The position numbers were made by a program, and so were the translations under genes. From assembly GCF_000039765.1 (NCBI RefSeq), contig NC_004460.2, forward strand, positions 150,001 to 182,000: a DNA stretch of 32,000 nt, written 5' to 3'. The stretch is from Vibrio vulnificus CMCP6. GTDB lineage: Bacteria; Pseudomonadota; Gammaproteobacteria; Enterobacterales; Vibrionaceae. The notes beneath the pieces were generated by a model. The model searched no databases, was not told where the DNA came from, and was given only the letters and a program-made list of their open reading frames with translations. Positions 1 to 9,573 of this stretch are shown one piece after another; the first letter of the stretch is position 1, and the number at the start of each line of letters is the position of its first letter.

Positions 1-1
1 G

Positions 2-379
2 CTAGAAACCATTTTAGCCAGTAAGACAGCGATGGCGAGAGCATTAGAAGTGCAAGGTCAGCAGAAAGTCGAGTGGTTAGAAGGCAAGTACAAATCGCTG
101 ATTGAGCATAAACAAAACATCGAAAAACTGTTTCTCATTTACGCGGAGATATTTGAGCGCAGCCCAACGTTAAGAACCGTTTGCATCAAAATCATCACTA
201 TTTTGTCTCGCTATTGGCCAAAAGAGATGGAGATCAAACGTGCTGCAGAGATTATGAAAGAATGTGATGTCACAATTCGTCAACTCATGACAGAAGAAGA
301 GCGTGAAAAGCTTGGTTACGAGTCGATTTATGCCAAAGCGCATGAGCTACATGAGCAGCAGTATCAGGTCGTTTCTTAA
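2..379 (+). CDS. Hypothetical protein, 5' end truncated by the window edge
   Basis: The frame of the 32..379 ORF is open back to the window edge (LETILASKTA precedes the first listed Met), so the true start is probably upstream. The product is charged and helical, with no family I recognise. Confidence 0.65.
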   Translation, partial: LETILASKTAMARALEVQGQQKVEWLEGKYKSLIEHKQNIEKLFLIYAEIFERSPTLRTVCIKIITILSRYWPKEMEIKRAAEIMKECDVTIRQLMTEEEREKLGYESIYAKAHELHEQQYQVVS

Positions 380-535
380 GCGAATATCGCTTTGTTGATT
401 AGATAAGAGAACTTATTCATATCTTTATGGGATGAATTGGAGGTGAGTCATATCTATGACTCATTACTTATGGTATTTTTTAGCTTCTGTTGAGTCCTGA
501 TTACAAGTGGGGCTTTGCTGTTACAGGAGTTTTCT

Positions 536-769
536 ATGTCACACAAAATCGAATCACATGCTTGCCCACAATGCGGCACCGATACACCTCATGTCGTTAT
601 CTTGGTACGAAAAACCAGTCCTTATAAAGATGACAAAAAGCGCGATTGGAAAGAGTTTTTCTCAGGCTTTGTAAAAGGCGCAGTTTTAGGGGCATTCATC
701 GCTTCGATGGACGAATTTGAACGCCATCTCGTCTGTGAACAGTGCGGACATAAAATCATCGAAGAATAA
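536..769 (+). CDS. Small zinc-ribbon-like hypothetical protein with a central Gly/Ala hydrophobic segment
   Basis: ATG at 536 follows AGGAG at 525-529. Two CxxC pairs (CPQCG near the N-terminus, CEQCG near the C-terminus) flank FVKGAVLGAFIASM. A terminator-like hairpin follows. Confidence 0.75.
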   Translation: MSHKIESHACPQCGTDTPHVVILVRKTSPYKDDKKRDWKEFFSGFVKGAVLGAFIASMDEFERHLVCEQCGHKIIEE

Positions 770-819
770 CGTTCTACTGTTGCAAGCAACGAAAAGCATC
801 GCAACACTCAACTCAATTT

Positions 820-851
820 GAGCGGCTCAAGCGCGAGCCGCTCAGCTTTTT
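820..851 (+). terminator. Rho-independent terminator
   Basis: Perfect 9-bp stem GAGCGGCTC/GAGCCGCTC (820-828 / 835-843) followed by AGCTTTTT. Confidence 0.8.
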
Positions 852-875
852 CATGCGGTGAGTTAAAAAATAACG

Positions 876-2768
876 TTAAAATTGCTGACTACTTGCTAAT
901 TGTTGAGAGAAGTCGTCAGCCGGAACCGCCTTGCCATACAAAAAGCCTTGAGCGTAGTTGCATTCCTCGGTTCGAATGAAGTCTTCTTGGTATCGATCTT
1001 CTACCCCTTCCGCTATCACCATCATATTGAGTTTGTGCGCCATGGCGATGATGGCTCTTGTCAGTTCTCGATTGTGCTGATTGTGTTCCAACTGATTGAT
1101 AAAACTGCGATCAATTTTTAGCGTATCGAAAGCGTATTTTTGCAGATAACTGAGTGAAGAGTAACCGGTACCAAAGTCGTCAAGCGAGATGCTGACACCG
1201 AACTGACGCAACTGAGCGAGGACGTTTTGCGCATACTCTTCATCTTGCAGCAGAATACCTTCAGTCAGTTCCAGTTCAATGCATTTTGCTGGCAATTGGT
1301 AAAGATCAATAATGTCTTGTAAGTGTTGCACAAAGTGTCGTTCACGGAACTGGATGGGGGAGATGTTAATCGCCACTTTAAACGCGTGAGGTGATGCGCG
1401 ATGCCATGCCGCTGCTTGTTTCAATGCTTGATGTAAAACGAAGTAGCCGATTTCAATAATTTGGCCGTTACTTTCCGCTAAAGGAATAAATCGATCTGGG
1501 GAGACTTGCCCAAGCGTTGGATTATTCCATCTCAGTAGTGCTTCGGCACCGATGATTTTCCCTCCCTGTTTCAAGCAAATGATCGGCTGAAAATGCACTT
1601 CAAGTTCGTTGTTCTTCAGTGCTTCAGAGAGATGTGACTCCAGTTGCAAGCGCTCTTCTGCGGCTTTTTGTGCGGCAAAATTAAAATAAGAGACCTGCAA
1701 ACCTTCGTTTTTACCTTCGCTCATTGCAGAGCACGCTCGCTGAATAAGGCTAAATGAGTCTGTTGCATCCATCGGGGCTAATGCGACCCCTAAATGACAT
1801 TGCAAATTGACACTCATATCGTTGACGTTAAACGGTTGGGTGCACGCTTTGGTAATGCGTTCGATGACTTGTTCTTGTATCTCGGGTTTGCGCAGATGCT
1901 GCGCTGCTAAGACGAAATCCGATCCGACAATTCTTGCCAGCTTCCACTTTTTAGGCAGTTTGTGACAAATGCGTTGGCTCAGAGAGGATAAAATTTGATC
2001 ACCGAACATGTAGCCATAGCTTGCGTTAACAAACTTAAAGTTTTTCAAACTGAAATAGATCAGGGTAATTTGCTCATTATCTTCTAAAGAAGCCATCTGT
2101 TCGGCGAGATCGTCCGCCAAGGTAATTCGGTTGGGGAGTTTTGTGAGCGGGTCGTAATGAAGGTGAAAGTCCAAATGGCTTTCAGCAGCGGTTCGTTGCT
2201 CGATTTCTGTCAGCAACCGGCTACTCAGATCGGCGAGTGTTTTGGTTCTTTCTGCGACCTTTTGTTCCAGCTCTTGGTTGAGTTGGGCAAGCTCTTCTTT
2301 ACGGTAAAGGGTTTCTAATTGTCCTTCAATGGCCGTTTGAAAGCGGCCAAGTAATGACATCGCGTCCTCATCAAAGTAACGCTCTTGGCTATCAAGCATA
2401 CAGATGGTGCCGAAAGGGGTGTCATCTGGCCAAAACACAGGCAGTCCGCAGTAACATATCATGCCCAGTTTGATGTCTGGATTATGATCCCATTCAGGAT
2501 CGTTAAGCGCATTGGGAACATTCAACATGCGCCGCTCGCTGATCACGGTTTCACAATACAGGCCATGCCCAAGCGAATCTTTTGCATTTTGCGCGTAGGG
2601 GTTATTTTCGCTACGACTGCTGGAAAACACCTCGATGTCGTTTTCGTGAATACGCATGATCAGAGCTGCAGGACATTGCGTCATTTTGGCAACTAAATCG
2701 ACGATTTCTTGCCAGCTCTTGAGTACAGAATCCGGAACGATTAATTGAGAGGTATCTATGTCTGCCAT
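876..2768 (-). CDS. GAF-GGDEF-EAL protein, probably a c-di-GMP phosphodiesterase with a degenerate GGDEF
   Basis: N-terminal GAF-like region (VFWPDDTPFGTICMLDS). The GGDEF position reads VGSDF. The EAL domain is intact: EALLRW, INISPIQF, ELTEG, DDFGTGYSS, LKIDRSF, AEGVE. The start is chosen at MADIDTS rather than the ORF-track start at 2804. Confidence 0.9.
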   Translation of the reverse strand: MADIDTSQLIVPDSVLKSWQEIVDLVAKMTQCPAALIMRIHENDIEVFSSSRSENNPYAQNAKDSLGHGLYCETVISERRMLNVPNALNDPEWDHNPDIKLGMICYCGLPVFWPDDTPFGTICMLDSQERYFDEDAMSLLGRFQTAIEGQLETLYRKEELAQLNQELEQKVAERTKTLADLSSRLLTEIEQRTAAESHLDFHLHYDPLTKLPNRITLADDLAEQMASLEDNEQITLIYFSLKNFKFVNASYGYMFGDQILSSLSQRICHKLPKKWKLARIVGSDFVLAAQHLRKPEIQEQVIERITKACTQPFNVNDMSVNLQCHLGVALAPMDATDSFSLIQRACSAMSEGKNEGLQVSYFNFAAQKAAEERLQLESHLSEALKNNELEVHFQPIICLKQGGKIIGAEALLRWNNPTLGQVSPDRFIPLAESNGQIIEIGYFVLHQALKQAAAWHRASPHAFKVAINISPIQFRERHFVQHLQDIIDLYQLPAKCIELELTEGILLQDEEYAQNVLAQLRQFGVSISLDDFGTGYSSLSYLQKYAFDTLKIDRSFINQLEHNQHNRELTRAIIAMAHKLNMMVIAEGVEDRYQEDFIRTEECNYAQGFLYGKAVPADDFSQQLASSQQF

Positions 2769-3605
2769 GATGCTTATCCAATGTGTAAGAGTGTTGATAT
2801 CCATTCAGCGATGAGGCGCTCGGGTCTCTTTATTGAGTATAGGTGATGCAAAAGCTATAGCCACCATGAATGTTACAAGGGTTGCTTGTCTCTTTTTGTT
2901 TATAGAAAGTTAACCGTTCACAAGCCGGGTTTGAATATCAGTTGCACGCATTGTGTTAAAAAAATGTTTTATTTTTGTCGTAAGCGATGAGTGGATGTCA
3001 CGATTAAATAATATAAATTTCATCACAACGGTATGTTCTATTAAAAATAGAATGGAATGAAATCTACACTATATTTATAAATTTTTAATCGTTAGCTTAA
3101 GTATATATTTTTAGTTTTGTTAATTATTGAACGTAAAGTTGATCGCAAAAATAGTGTAATTGATAATTCAATCGTGTTTTTGTTGGAGATATATGGCTTC
3201 AATAATACCGATTCGTTTCTTATACATTTTGTTTCAATAAGGCTGATATTGAGTTGTTTTATCCGATGCATTTAACGGAAATGTGCAACTAATTAATATG
3301 TTGATTTCGTTTATTTATAATCTTGTCATCTTCTAATGTTTGATTTGTCTTTGTAAGATCTTGTTATTTAGTTTGTTTTTTGATTTTGCGTTGATTGGTA
3401 ATATGGGGGTTAGTTTGTTTTTTGCGCCGTTTTTAGTGGGAATGGTTTGATTTGATATTTATTTTTGTGAAAATTAGAATCCGCGGGCGTCAGTTTTTGA
3501 TAGCAACTTTTATATTAATTCATCTGTGACGGATGTTTTTTATATCTGTTTTTGGTTTTTAAACTGCTATCGATATTTAAATCTAATACATGTTAAGGAG
3601 AGTTC

Positions 3606-6600
3606 ATGTATAAAAATGGCCTGATGGGTATTCCACTCATTTTGATGTTAACGGCTTGTGGTAGTGACAGTGGTGGTTCAGATGCCGCGACAGATTCACG
3701 AGAGTATAAAGGCTTAAAATTTACGGGCATTGTCTATGATGGCCCTCTGTACGATGCGGAAGTTTCCATCTATGCAGGTGAGAAGCTTTTGGCGCAAGCA
3801 AAGACCGATCAAGATGGTCGATACTTTGTTGAAGCAAAAGTGTACCTAGACGAGTACGAAAGCCTCAAATCTTTACCAATCACTTATAAGGCGCAACGCA
3901 ATGAAGTGATTCTTTATGAATATGCCGGACAAACACTGGAGCAGACTATCGACAGCGAAGGTGTTGAAGCTCTGATCAGTAATTTCTCAACGGTTGAATA
4001 TGTATTGGCCGATGTCAACAAAGACAACTTTGTTTCTGCAAATGAATGGGCGGCGTACCAAACACTCGATCGCCGTTACGCCGAGCAAATGATTGTTCGC
4101 TACGGTGTTGGCTTAAAGTCGATTGTTGATTTTGATGGCTCTCTCACAGGGTTCGACAATACCGTGACTTGGTTACGAAATGTGAGAAGTGACATTTCAT
4201 GGGAGCAGTGGCATCGCCTTAACGACATTCCATACAACAATGCATGGAACGCTCTTTTTGCCGATACTTGGTTCGTCGAGCAAGAAGCACACCGTTTCAC
4301 TAACCTTCCAGGTTGGTCTTCAGAATATGATGCGGTGATTTCACCGGACCCTGCTCCTGCAAGTATCAAGTATGTGCTAGTGACTGGCCTGCCACAAATC
4401 GCGCATGTGGGGGATTTGATTAGTCCTTCAACATTTGCACTTTGGTCGGATGCATCGTCAACTGACATCAGTAAAGATGCTACTTTCACCGTTACGCCTG
4501 TTACTGCGTTAGAAAAAGTCGGCGCTCGTTGGAAGGTCAAAGAGCCGGGTGTGATCACTTTTAAAGCTGAATACAAAGGTGTATCAACATCGAGCACATT
4601 TACCGCTGAAGGTGTGGGGCTGAGCAACATTGTGTTGAGCGGCGTCGATAAAAAAGTGAGCGTAGGCGATAAGCTTCTGCCGTTGGTTTCTGCTATCTGG
4701 ACAGACAGTACAACAACCGAGGTGACTGGATTCGTCACTTGGTCAGCATCACCAGCAAACGCTATTACATTTGTTGATGGCCATCTTCAAGTTGTAGGTA
4801 CGGGTGATATCTCTCTCACAGCGACTTATCAAGGTGCGACGTCAACAATTGCTTTCAACGCTGAACCAGCCACATTATCTGGCTTGCGATTGGGCTTTGA
4901 CAAGCGCGAACAGTATCTCCAAGACCAGTTTAAAGTGGTCGCTGAGGGCGTGCACGAGAACGGTTACGTGGTGGACTTTAGCGAGAATGCTGAATGGGTA
5001 TCGAGTAATCCTGCGATCCTTGAACCTGCGGGTTCGGGTGTCTTTGTCGCAAAAGGTGTTGGAAGTGCCACGGTAACGGCAACTTATGAAGGTTACAGCG
5101 CATCTCAAGAGTTTAGTGTGGTAGCTAAGCTTACAGGAATCAGCCTAAACCTACCGAATAGCAGCGTCTCTAAGAACCAATCTGTACAGCTAACGTTGAA
5201 CGGTGAGTATAACGATGGTTCTGTATCTCAAATCGTTGAAGGTGTCGCATGGACGACAAGCGCACCAGATGTGCTCACTATTGATGAGCAAGGTCTCGCA
5301 ACGGGTATCGTCGAAGGCACGTCTGTTGTTACGGCTACTTACAAAGGCTTTACGTTGGAACAAACCGTAACGGTAACCCAAGCCATGATCGTGTCTTCTG
5401 TACCTGAGTTCGTCGACGGCAAGATGATTTTGAATGAGGGTAGTAAACTGCCTTATACCTTCAAATTTACGCGTTCAAATGGCGTTGTTCATGAGTTCTC
5501 TGCCACTTCGGGTGGACTAGACTTTGAAAGTTACGGGTTTAGAGCGGAAGTCGATGCATCGGGTCTTCAAGTTGCAAACTTAGATAAAGATGCAGACTTA
5601 ATGCGTGGTGTTCGAGCGGGTGAAACTAAGCTGGGTCTCGATTCCGTACCAGTTGAACTGCAGAATATTTTCGCTGAAATTGGCGCAATTACAGACGCGT
5701 ACGACTACCCAACACGCATCGACCTCCCTGTCGCTGTTTTGGATAATCAAGATGTCTATCAATGGCACAAAGTCGCAGGTAATCAAGCAAGTTTGCAGGG
5801 GCTAACGTTAGTTCAAGCTGTACAAAGTGGTGACACGCTATACCGCTTCTGGCAGGTGTCAGGATCTCAAAATGGTTCGTTGTTTGTTACTCAAGTAACG
5901 GCAAATGGTGAGAGTGATGCGGTTGAAGTGGCCTTGCCGACAACAGATTTCAAATTGCTCTCCAATCAAGTGATCTCAGCTTCGAATGGTTATGTCATGT
6001 TGGTTACCTCTAACCAACACGTAAGCGGCGTGATTCCTGAGCACAAAGCGTATCGTATGACGCTAGCGGATGGCACGCTTGCTGAAGTTGACACCAGCAC
6101 CTTGTACAAAAAGCAGTTTAATCTCAATGCAGATAGTTTCTACTTTGCGTCGAATGGTAACTTATTCCTCGTCAAAGAAGATGATACAACGCTCGTGTCT
6201 GAATTTGATTTCGCGAGCAATACGTGGAATGACAAGATTGCTTCACTCAATGGTGTGCCAGTACAACTGCCGTCTCAGCAAGGGATGATCGCTGCACTAG
6301 ATACGAATCAGATGGACTATGGTGCGTTTGCGCCACCAACATTGAACCTCTATGACATGGAAACGAAAACTGCGACATCACAGCAGTTTATGTACCCAGG
6401 TGATGCAGGTTACTTCTGTGCTGAACCTAAATCGGTCAGTGTTGCGCTAAGAACAGAGCTTGCTGAATCTGGGGCGGGTTGTTTGATTGCTGCTCGCGGC
6501 AGTTATGACCTGATCGGCTACTGGGTTTGGAACTCAATTGCTGATCTTCCATACCTGTTCCTGTTCGAAGAAGGCATGTCCCGTCGTGGTGGTGATAACT

Positions 6601-7094
6601 ATGGCGTAGCCAGTGTTAAGTCGGATGCCAATGTCGTTTACAGTGCTGGGCGTCAGTCTGTCAACGGCACAGACATGTTCCATGTGGCAGAGATTGTTGA
6701 TGTGGAAGTGGAAGGCGTGATCGAGAAGCAGATTCGTCGTGACATCTTCAACAAGAAGGACAAACTGCTGGATGGATCTTACGCCAAGTTCCCGGTGATT
6801 GATGGTAATCAATACACAGTGTCTAATGCCGATGTACCAAACGAACAGTTTGTTTTGTTCGGTCACGGTGCGGCAGTCAAAGGGGAGAAAGGCGACTGGT
6901 CTAGCGATAGCTTCATGTATCAATTGCCAGCGAAAGTTTCAACTACTGAAGCGAAAGCGTATAACCTTGGTGACACGGTGATACTTGCTACTGAGGGCCA
7001 AGAGTCGGCTGAGTACTGGTTCTTGCAATTACGTAAGCCGATTGTGGACGAGACGCAACCTGAAACACCAGTAGAGCCAGATGTGACGCCTTAA
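3606..7094 (+). CDS. Large lipoprotein with several bacterial Ig-like (Big_2-type) repeats
   Basis: Lipoprotein signal MYKNGLMGIPLILMLTAC followed by GSDSGGSD. Repeated Big_2-like motifs such as ITFKAEYKG, ISLTATYQG, ATVTATYEGYSA and SVVTATYKGFT. An EF-hand-like DVNKDNFVSANE lies near the N-terminus. An AAGGAGAG Shine-Dalgarno precedes the start. Confidence 0.9.
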   Translation: MYKNGLMGIPLILMLTACGSDSGGSDAATDSREYKGLKFTGIVYDGPLYDAEVSIYAGEKLLAQAKTDQDGRYFVEAKVYLDEYESLKSLPITYKAQRNEVILYEYAGQTLEQTIDSEGVEALISNFSTVEYVLADVNKDNFVSANEWAAYQTLDRRYAEQMIVRYGVGLKSIVDFDGSLTGFDNTVTWLRNVRSDISWEQWHRLNDIPYNNAWNALFADTWFVEQEAHRFTNLPGWSSEYDAVISPDPAPASIKYVLVTGLPQIAHVGDLISPSTFALWSDASSTDISKDATFTVTPVTALEKVGARWKVKEPGVITFKAEYKGVSTSSTFTAEGVGLSNIVLSGVDKKVSVGDKLLPLVSAIWTDSTTTEVTGFVTWSASPANAITFVDGHLQVVGTGDISLTATYQGATSTIAFNAEPATLSGLRLGFDKREQYLQDQFKVVAEGVHENGYVVDFSENAEWVSSNPAILEPAGSGVFVAKGVGSATVTATYEGYSASQEFSVVAKLTGISLNLPNSSVSKNQSVQLTLNGEYNDGSVSQIVEGVAWTTSAPDVLTIDEQGLATGIVEGTSVVTATYKGFTLEQTVTVTQAMIVSSVPEFVDGKMILNEGSKLPYTFKFTRSNGVVHEFSATSGGLDFESYGFRAEVDASGLQVANLDKDADLMRGVRAGETKLGLDSVPVELQNIFAEIGAITDAYDYPTRIDLPVAVLDNQDVYQWHKVAGNQASLQGLTLVQAVQSGDTLYRFWQVSGSQNGSLFVTQVTANGESDAVEVALPTTDFKLLSNQVISASNGYVMLVTSNQHVSGVIPEHKAYRMTLADGTLAEVDTSTLYKKQFNLNADSFYFASNGNLFLVKEDDTTLVSEFDFASNTWNDKIASLNGVPVQLPSQQGMIAALDTNQMDYGAFAPPTLNLYDMETKTATSQQFMYPGDAGYFCAEPKSVSVALRTELAESGAGCLIAARGSYDLIGYWVWNSIADLPYLFLFEEGMSRRGGDNYGVASVKSDANVVYSAGRQSVNGTDMFHVAEIVDVEVEGVIEKQIRRDIFNKKDKLLDGSYAKFPVIDGNQYTVSNADVPNEQFVLFGHGAAVKGEKGDWSSDSFMYQLPAKVSTTEAKAYNLGDTVILATEGQESAEYWFLQLRKPIVDETQPETPVEPDVTP

Positions 7095-7133
7095 CATCTC
7101 TCTCAATTACCGCCAGATTTGAGCGGAGAAATC

Positions 7134-7166
7134 AAAAAGCCAGTCCTTTAACGGACTGGCTTTTTT
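7134..7166. terminator. Bidirectional Rho-independent terminator between convergent genes
   Basis: AAAAAGCCAGTCC-TTTAAC-GGACTGGCTTTTTT, with a perfect stem and A/T tracts on both sides. Confidence 0.9.
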
Positions 7167-7183
7167 ATCGAATGCGAAATCAA

Positions 7184-8011
7184 TTATTCTTTATGGCTGC
7201 TCACTGAGGTATAGCCATATTCGGTAATGATTTTCTGTCCTTGAGTTGATTTAATGAAAGCGATGAATGCTTTACTGTCTTTATCGACAGAGCCGACTTT
7301 ATACAAAATCAAGAATGGACGTGACAGCAAGTATGAGTGGTTTTTGATGTTATCTGAGTTTGGTGCAACACCTTCAACGCTAATCGCTTTTACGGAGTTG
7401 TCAACCGAACCCATCGAGATAAAACCAATCGCATGTTGGTTATGATTTACGATGGTTTTCACCATGCTATTGCTGTTGACAACTAAGTTGCTTGGATTGA
7501 TGTCCGAAACAAGACGATCATTAATAATACGAGTCAGACCCAATAAGCTCTCAAAGCTATAGCGAGTGCCAGAGGAAGTCTCGCGAGTGACAACAGCGAT
7601 GGGTTTGTCTTCACCACCCACTTGTTTCCAGTTGGTAATTTTGCCTTTGTAGATATTGTAGAGTTGCTCTTGAGTCAAATTAGAAAGGGTATTGGAACGG
7701 TTGATAACCACTGCAAGCCCGTCGTAAGCAATCAAATCCACATTCAAATCTTCGCCTTTCTCGCTTTCTGTGAGGTAGCGAGAGCTCATTCCCAGTTCAA
7801 CCACGCCTTTGTTAACCATCGTGATTCCTGCGGTCGAACCAATGCCTTGTACTGCAATAAAAGAATCCGTGTGAGACTTGTTAAACTCTTCGGCAAGCAC
7901 ATCCATTACACGTGCAACGGAGGTTGAACCGGAAATATTCACTTCTTTAGCGTGGCTTAATGGGACGATAGAAAAGAGAGATAAAAGGGCGGGTACCACA
8001 AAGCGAAACAT
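7184..8011 (-). CDS. PstS-like periplasmic phosphate-binding protein
   Basis: Signal peptide followed by VNISGSTSVARVMDVLAEEF, GIGSTAGI, ITNWKQVGG and TRETSSGTRYSFE, typical of the phosphate ABC-transporter substrate-binding family. No pstCAB genes are adjacent. Confidence 0.9.
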   Translation of the reverse strand: MFRFVVPALLSLFSIVPLSHAKEVNISGSTSVARVMDVLAEEFNKSHTDSFIAVQGIGSTAGITMVNKGVVELGMSSRYLTESEKGEDLNVDLIAYDGLAVVINRSNTLSNLTQEQLYNIYKGKITNWKQVGGEDKPIAVVTRETSSGTRYSFESLLGLTRIINDRLVSDINPSNLVVNSNSMVKTIVNHNQHAIGFISMGSVDNSVKAISVEGVAPNSDNIKNHSYLLSRPFLILYKVGSVDKDSKAFIAFIKSTQGQKIITEYGYTSVSSHKE

Positions 8012-8225
8012 AACTTACTCCAAAATAGGGTTATTTAAGAGTGGAATGATATTTCGTTCAGGTTACATTTTTGTGAAGGTCTAAGCATTAAGTCACTCGC
8101 ATGGCGATTACACTTTGTGTACTAAAATAAGTCTATAAAGCGGCGAAACGGTGGCGTTGGGTAATTTTGATAGGGCTTCGACAGCAAACGTCAGCAAATC
8201 TAGCCGAATAGATGAAGGAATGACT

Positions 8226-8576
8226 ATGTCAGTGACGCAAATTGCTATCAGTCGGCTTAATAAAGGTGCTCAAGCGTTGTGCACAAAAAGAAACGTTAAC
8301 CTTCCCGTTGAACTCGGCAAATGTCTATATCAACCGATCGAGACGGGAGTGATTTTTTACAAAGCTGCGTATTTGTTAGATTCTCGTCACAGTGAATACA
8401 CCTCACCGGTGGCCAAAATTCTCTTTGATGCATTGCACGGCGAATGGTTGTTCTTTCAAGCTAAGTTTGACGGCGATACGTTCTATTGGGAACCCTATTA
8501 CCCGCTGATGAAATCCGATGATCTTGACTCGATTTTAGAGGAGATAGAACACGACCCATTGGCGTGTTTTTGGTGA
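8226..8576 (+). CDS. Small DUF3024-like conserved protein
   Basis: ORF ending in LACFW. MSVTQIAISRL from ATG 8226 resembles Vibrio DUF3024 proteins from memory. The ORF-track start at 8151 (non-ATG) looks too far upstream. Confidence 0.55.
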   Translation: MSVTQIAISRLNKGAQALCTKRNVNLPVELGKCLYQPIETGVIFYKAAYLLDSRHSEYTSPVAKILFDALHGEWLFFQAKFDGDTFYWEPYYPLMKSDDLDSILEEIEHDPLACFW

Positions 8577-8631
8577 TGCGCAGTGAGTGAATCACTACGC
8601 ATTACGCTTACCTGATTTGGAAAGCTCGTTG

Positions 8632-9444
8632 CTAAGCTTTACCGTGTTGCTGTACTTTCGCGCGGAACTCTTTGGGCGTCATTTGCTGTACGGCTTTAAA
8701 TGCGGTACTAAAATGGGCAGCACTCTTAAAGCCAGACTCATACGCAATGGTGGTAATCGATTTATCGGTTACGCGAAGCTGAGTCGCCGCGTGAGAGATT
8801 CGCTTAATCTTCAACAGCTGTGAAAATGACATCTCTTCTGCCGCTAAGCGTCGTTTTAGGGTCGCAGTGGACATACCCATGTGCTTGGCTAGTGTCTCTA
8901 ATGAGATCTCTTCTTCGATATTGCTTTCAATAAACTGAATGATTTTTTGCGTTTCACTAAACTGTGTGGCGCGAATAATCATATTGAGTAGCTCTGGCTG
9001 CTTTTCAACCATGAGCGCCATTAACGCCAAAGCTAAATGTTCTTGAGCCTGCGAGTTTTGTTTTCTCTCAACTTCTTCAATAAGCATATCTTTCAGCTGG
9101 TCAATTCGCTTATGTTGACCACTGAATTTGAAAAAGGTGTCAGTCTGTTGAGCTGGAATTTTAGATAAAGGGTAAACGTTACGGAACTTTTGAAGCAGCG
9201 TGATGCTAAACACTAAGGCTAACGCTGAAAATCCATTTTCTCCCGGTTGAGCTTGAGCTTCTTTTAATTGGCCGGAATTGTACAATGCAAATTCTCCTGC
9301 CGTCAGCTCACTCGTTGCTCCGGAATCTTGTGTTACGGTTAGGCTGCCTTGCTCCACGAAAAATAGGCCATTCTTTGTCACTGGATAACGTTCCTGTTTC
9401 CTCGGAGCAAAGTGGTTGAATCTGATAATTTCTATTGTTGGCAT
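8632..9444 (-). CDS. AraC-family transcriptional regulator
   Basis: C-terminal double helix-turn-helix: LETLAKHMGMSTATLKRRLAAEEMSFSQLLKIKRISHAATQL...ITTIAYESGFKSAAHFSTAFKAVQQMTPKEFR. Confidence 0.93.
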   Translation of the reverse strand: MPTIEIIRFNHFAPRKQERYPVTKNGLFFVEQGSLTVTQDSGATSELTAGEFALYNSGQLKEAQAQPGENGFSALALVFSITLLQKFRNVYPLSKIPAQQTDTFFKFSGQHKRIDQLKDMLIEEVERKQNSQAQEHLALALMALMVEKQPELLNMIIRATQFSETQKIIQFIESNIEEEISLETLAKHMGMSTATLKRRLAAEEMSFSQLLKIKRISHAATQLRVTDKSITTIAYESGFKSAAHFSTAFKAVQQMTPKEFRAKVQQHGKA

Positions 9445-9540
9445 AAAGTAGCTTACCACTGAATGAATATAGTTATATTTAATAGAACTGTTCTTGCAGT
9501 GTTACCAATGAAAATCACGTTTTTGTGAAATGGTGGTATA

Positions 9541-9567
9541 AAAAAAGCGTTCATTTGAACGCTTTTT
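9541..9567 (-). terminator. Rho-independent terminator downstream of rnb
   Basis: AAAAAGCGTTCA-TT-TGAACGCTTTTT, a perfect stem with A/T tracts on either side. Confidence 0.85.
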
Positions 9568-9573
9568 AAGATG

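Noticed and set aside
876-2768. Active diguanylate cyclase
   Set aside because: The GGDEF signature position reads VGSDF, which lacks the residues needed for cyclase activity.
4100-6923. Minus-strand ORFs within the Ig-like lipoprotein gene (4100..4738, 6534..6923 and others)
   Set aside because: They overlap a well-supported long CDS, show no recognisable domains and have no clear ribosome-binding context.
8012-8100. Pho box upstream of the PstS-like gene
   Set aside because: TTCACAAAAATGTAAC on the minus strand is only loosely similar to a pair of PhoB half-sites, too weak to report as a feature.
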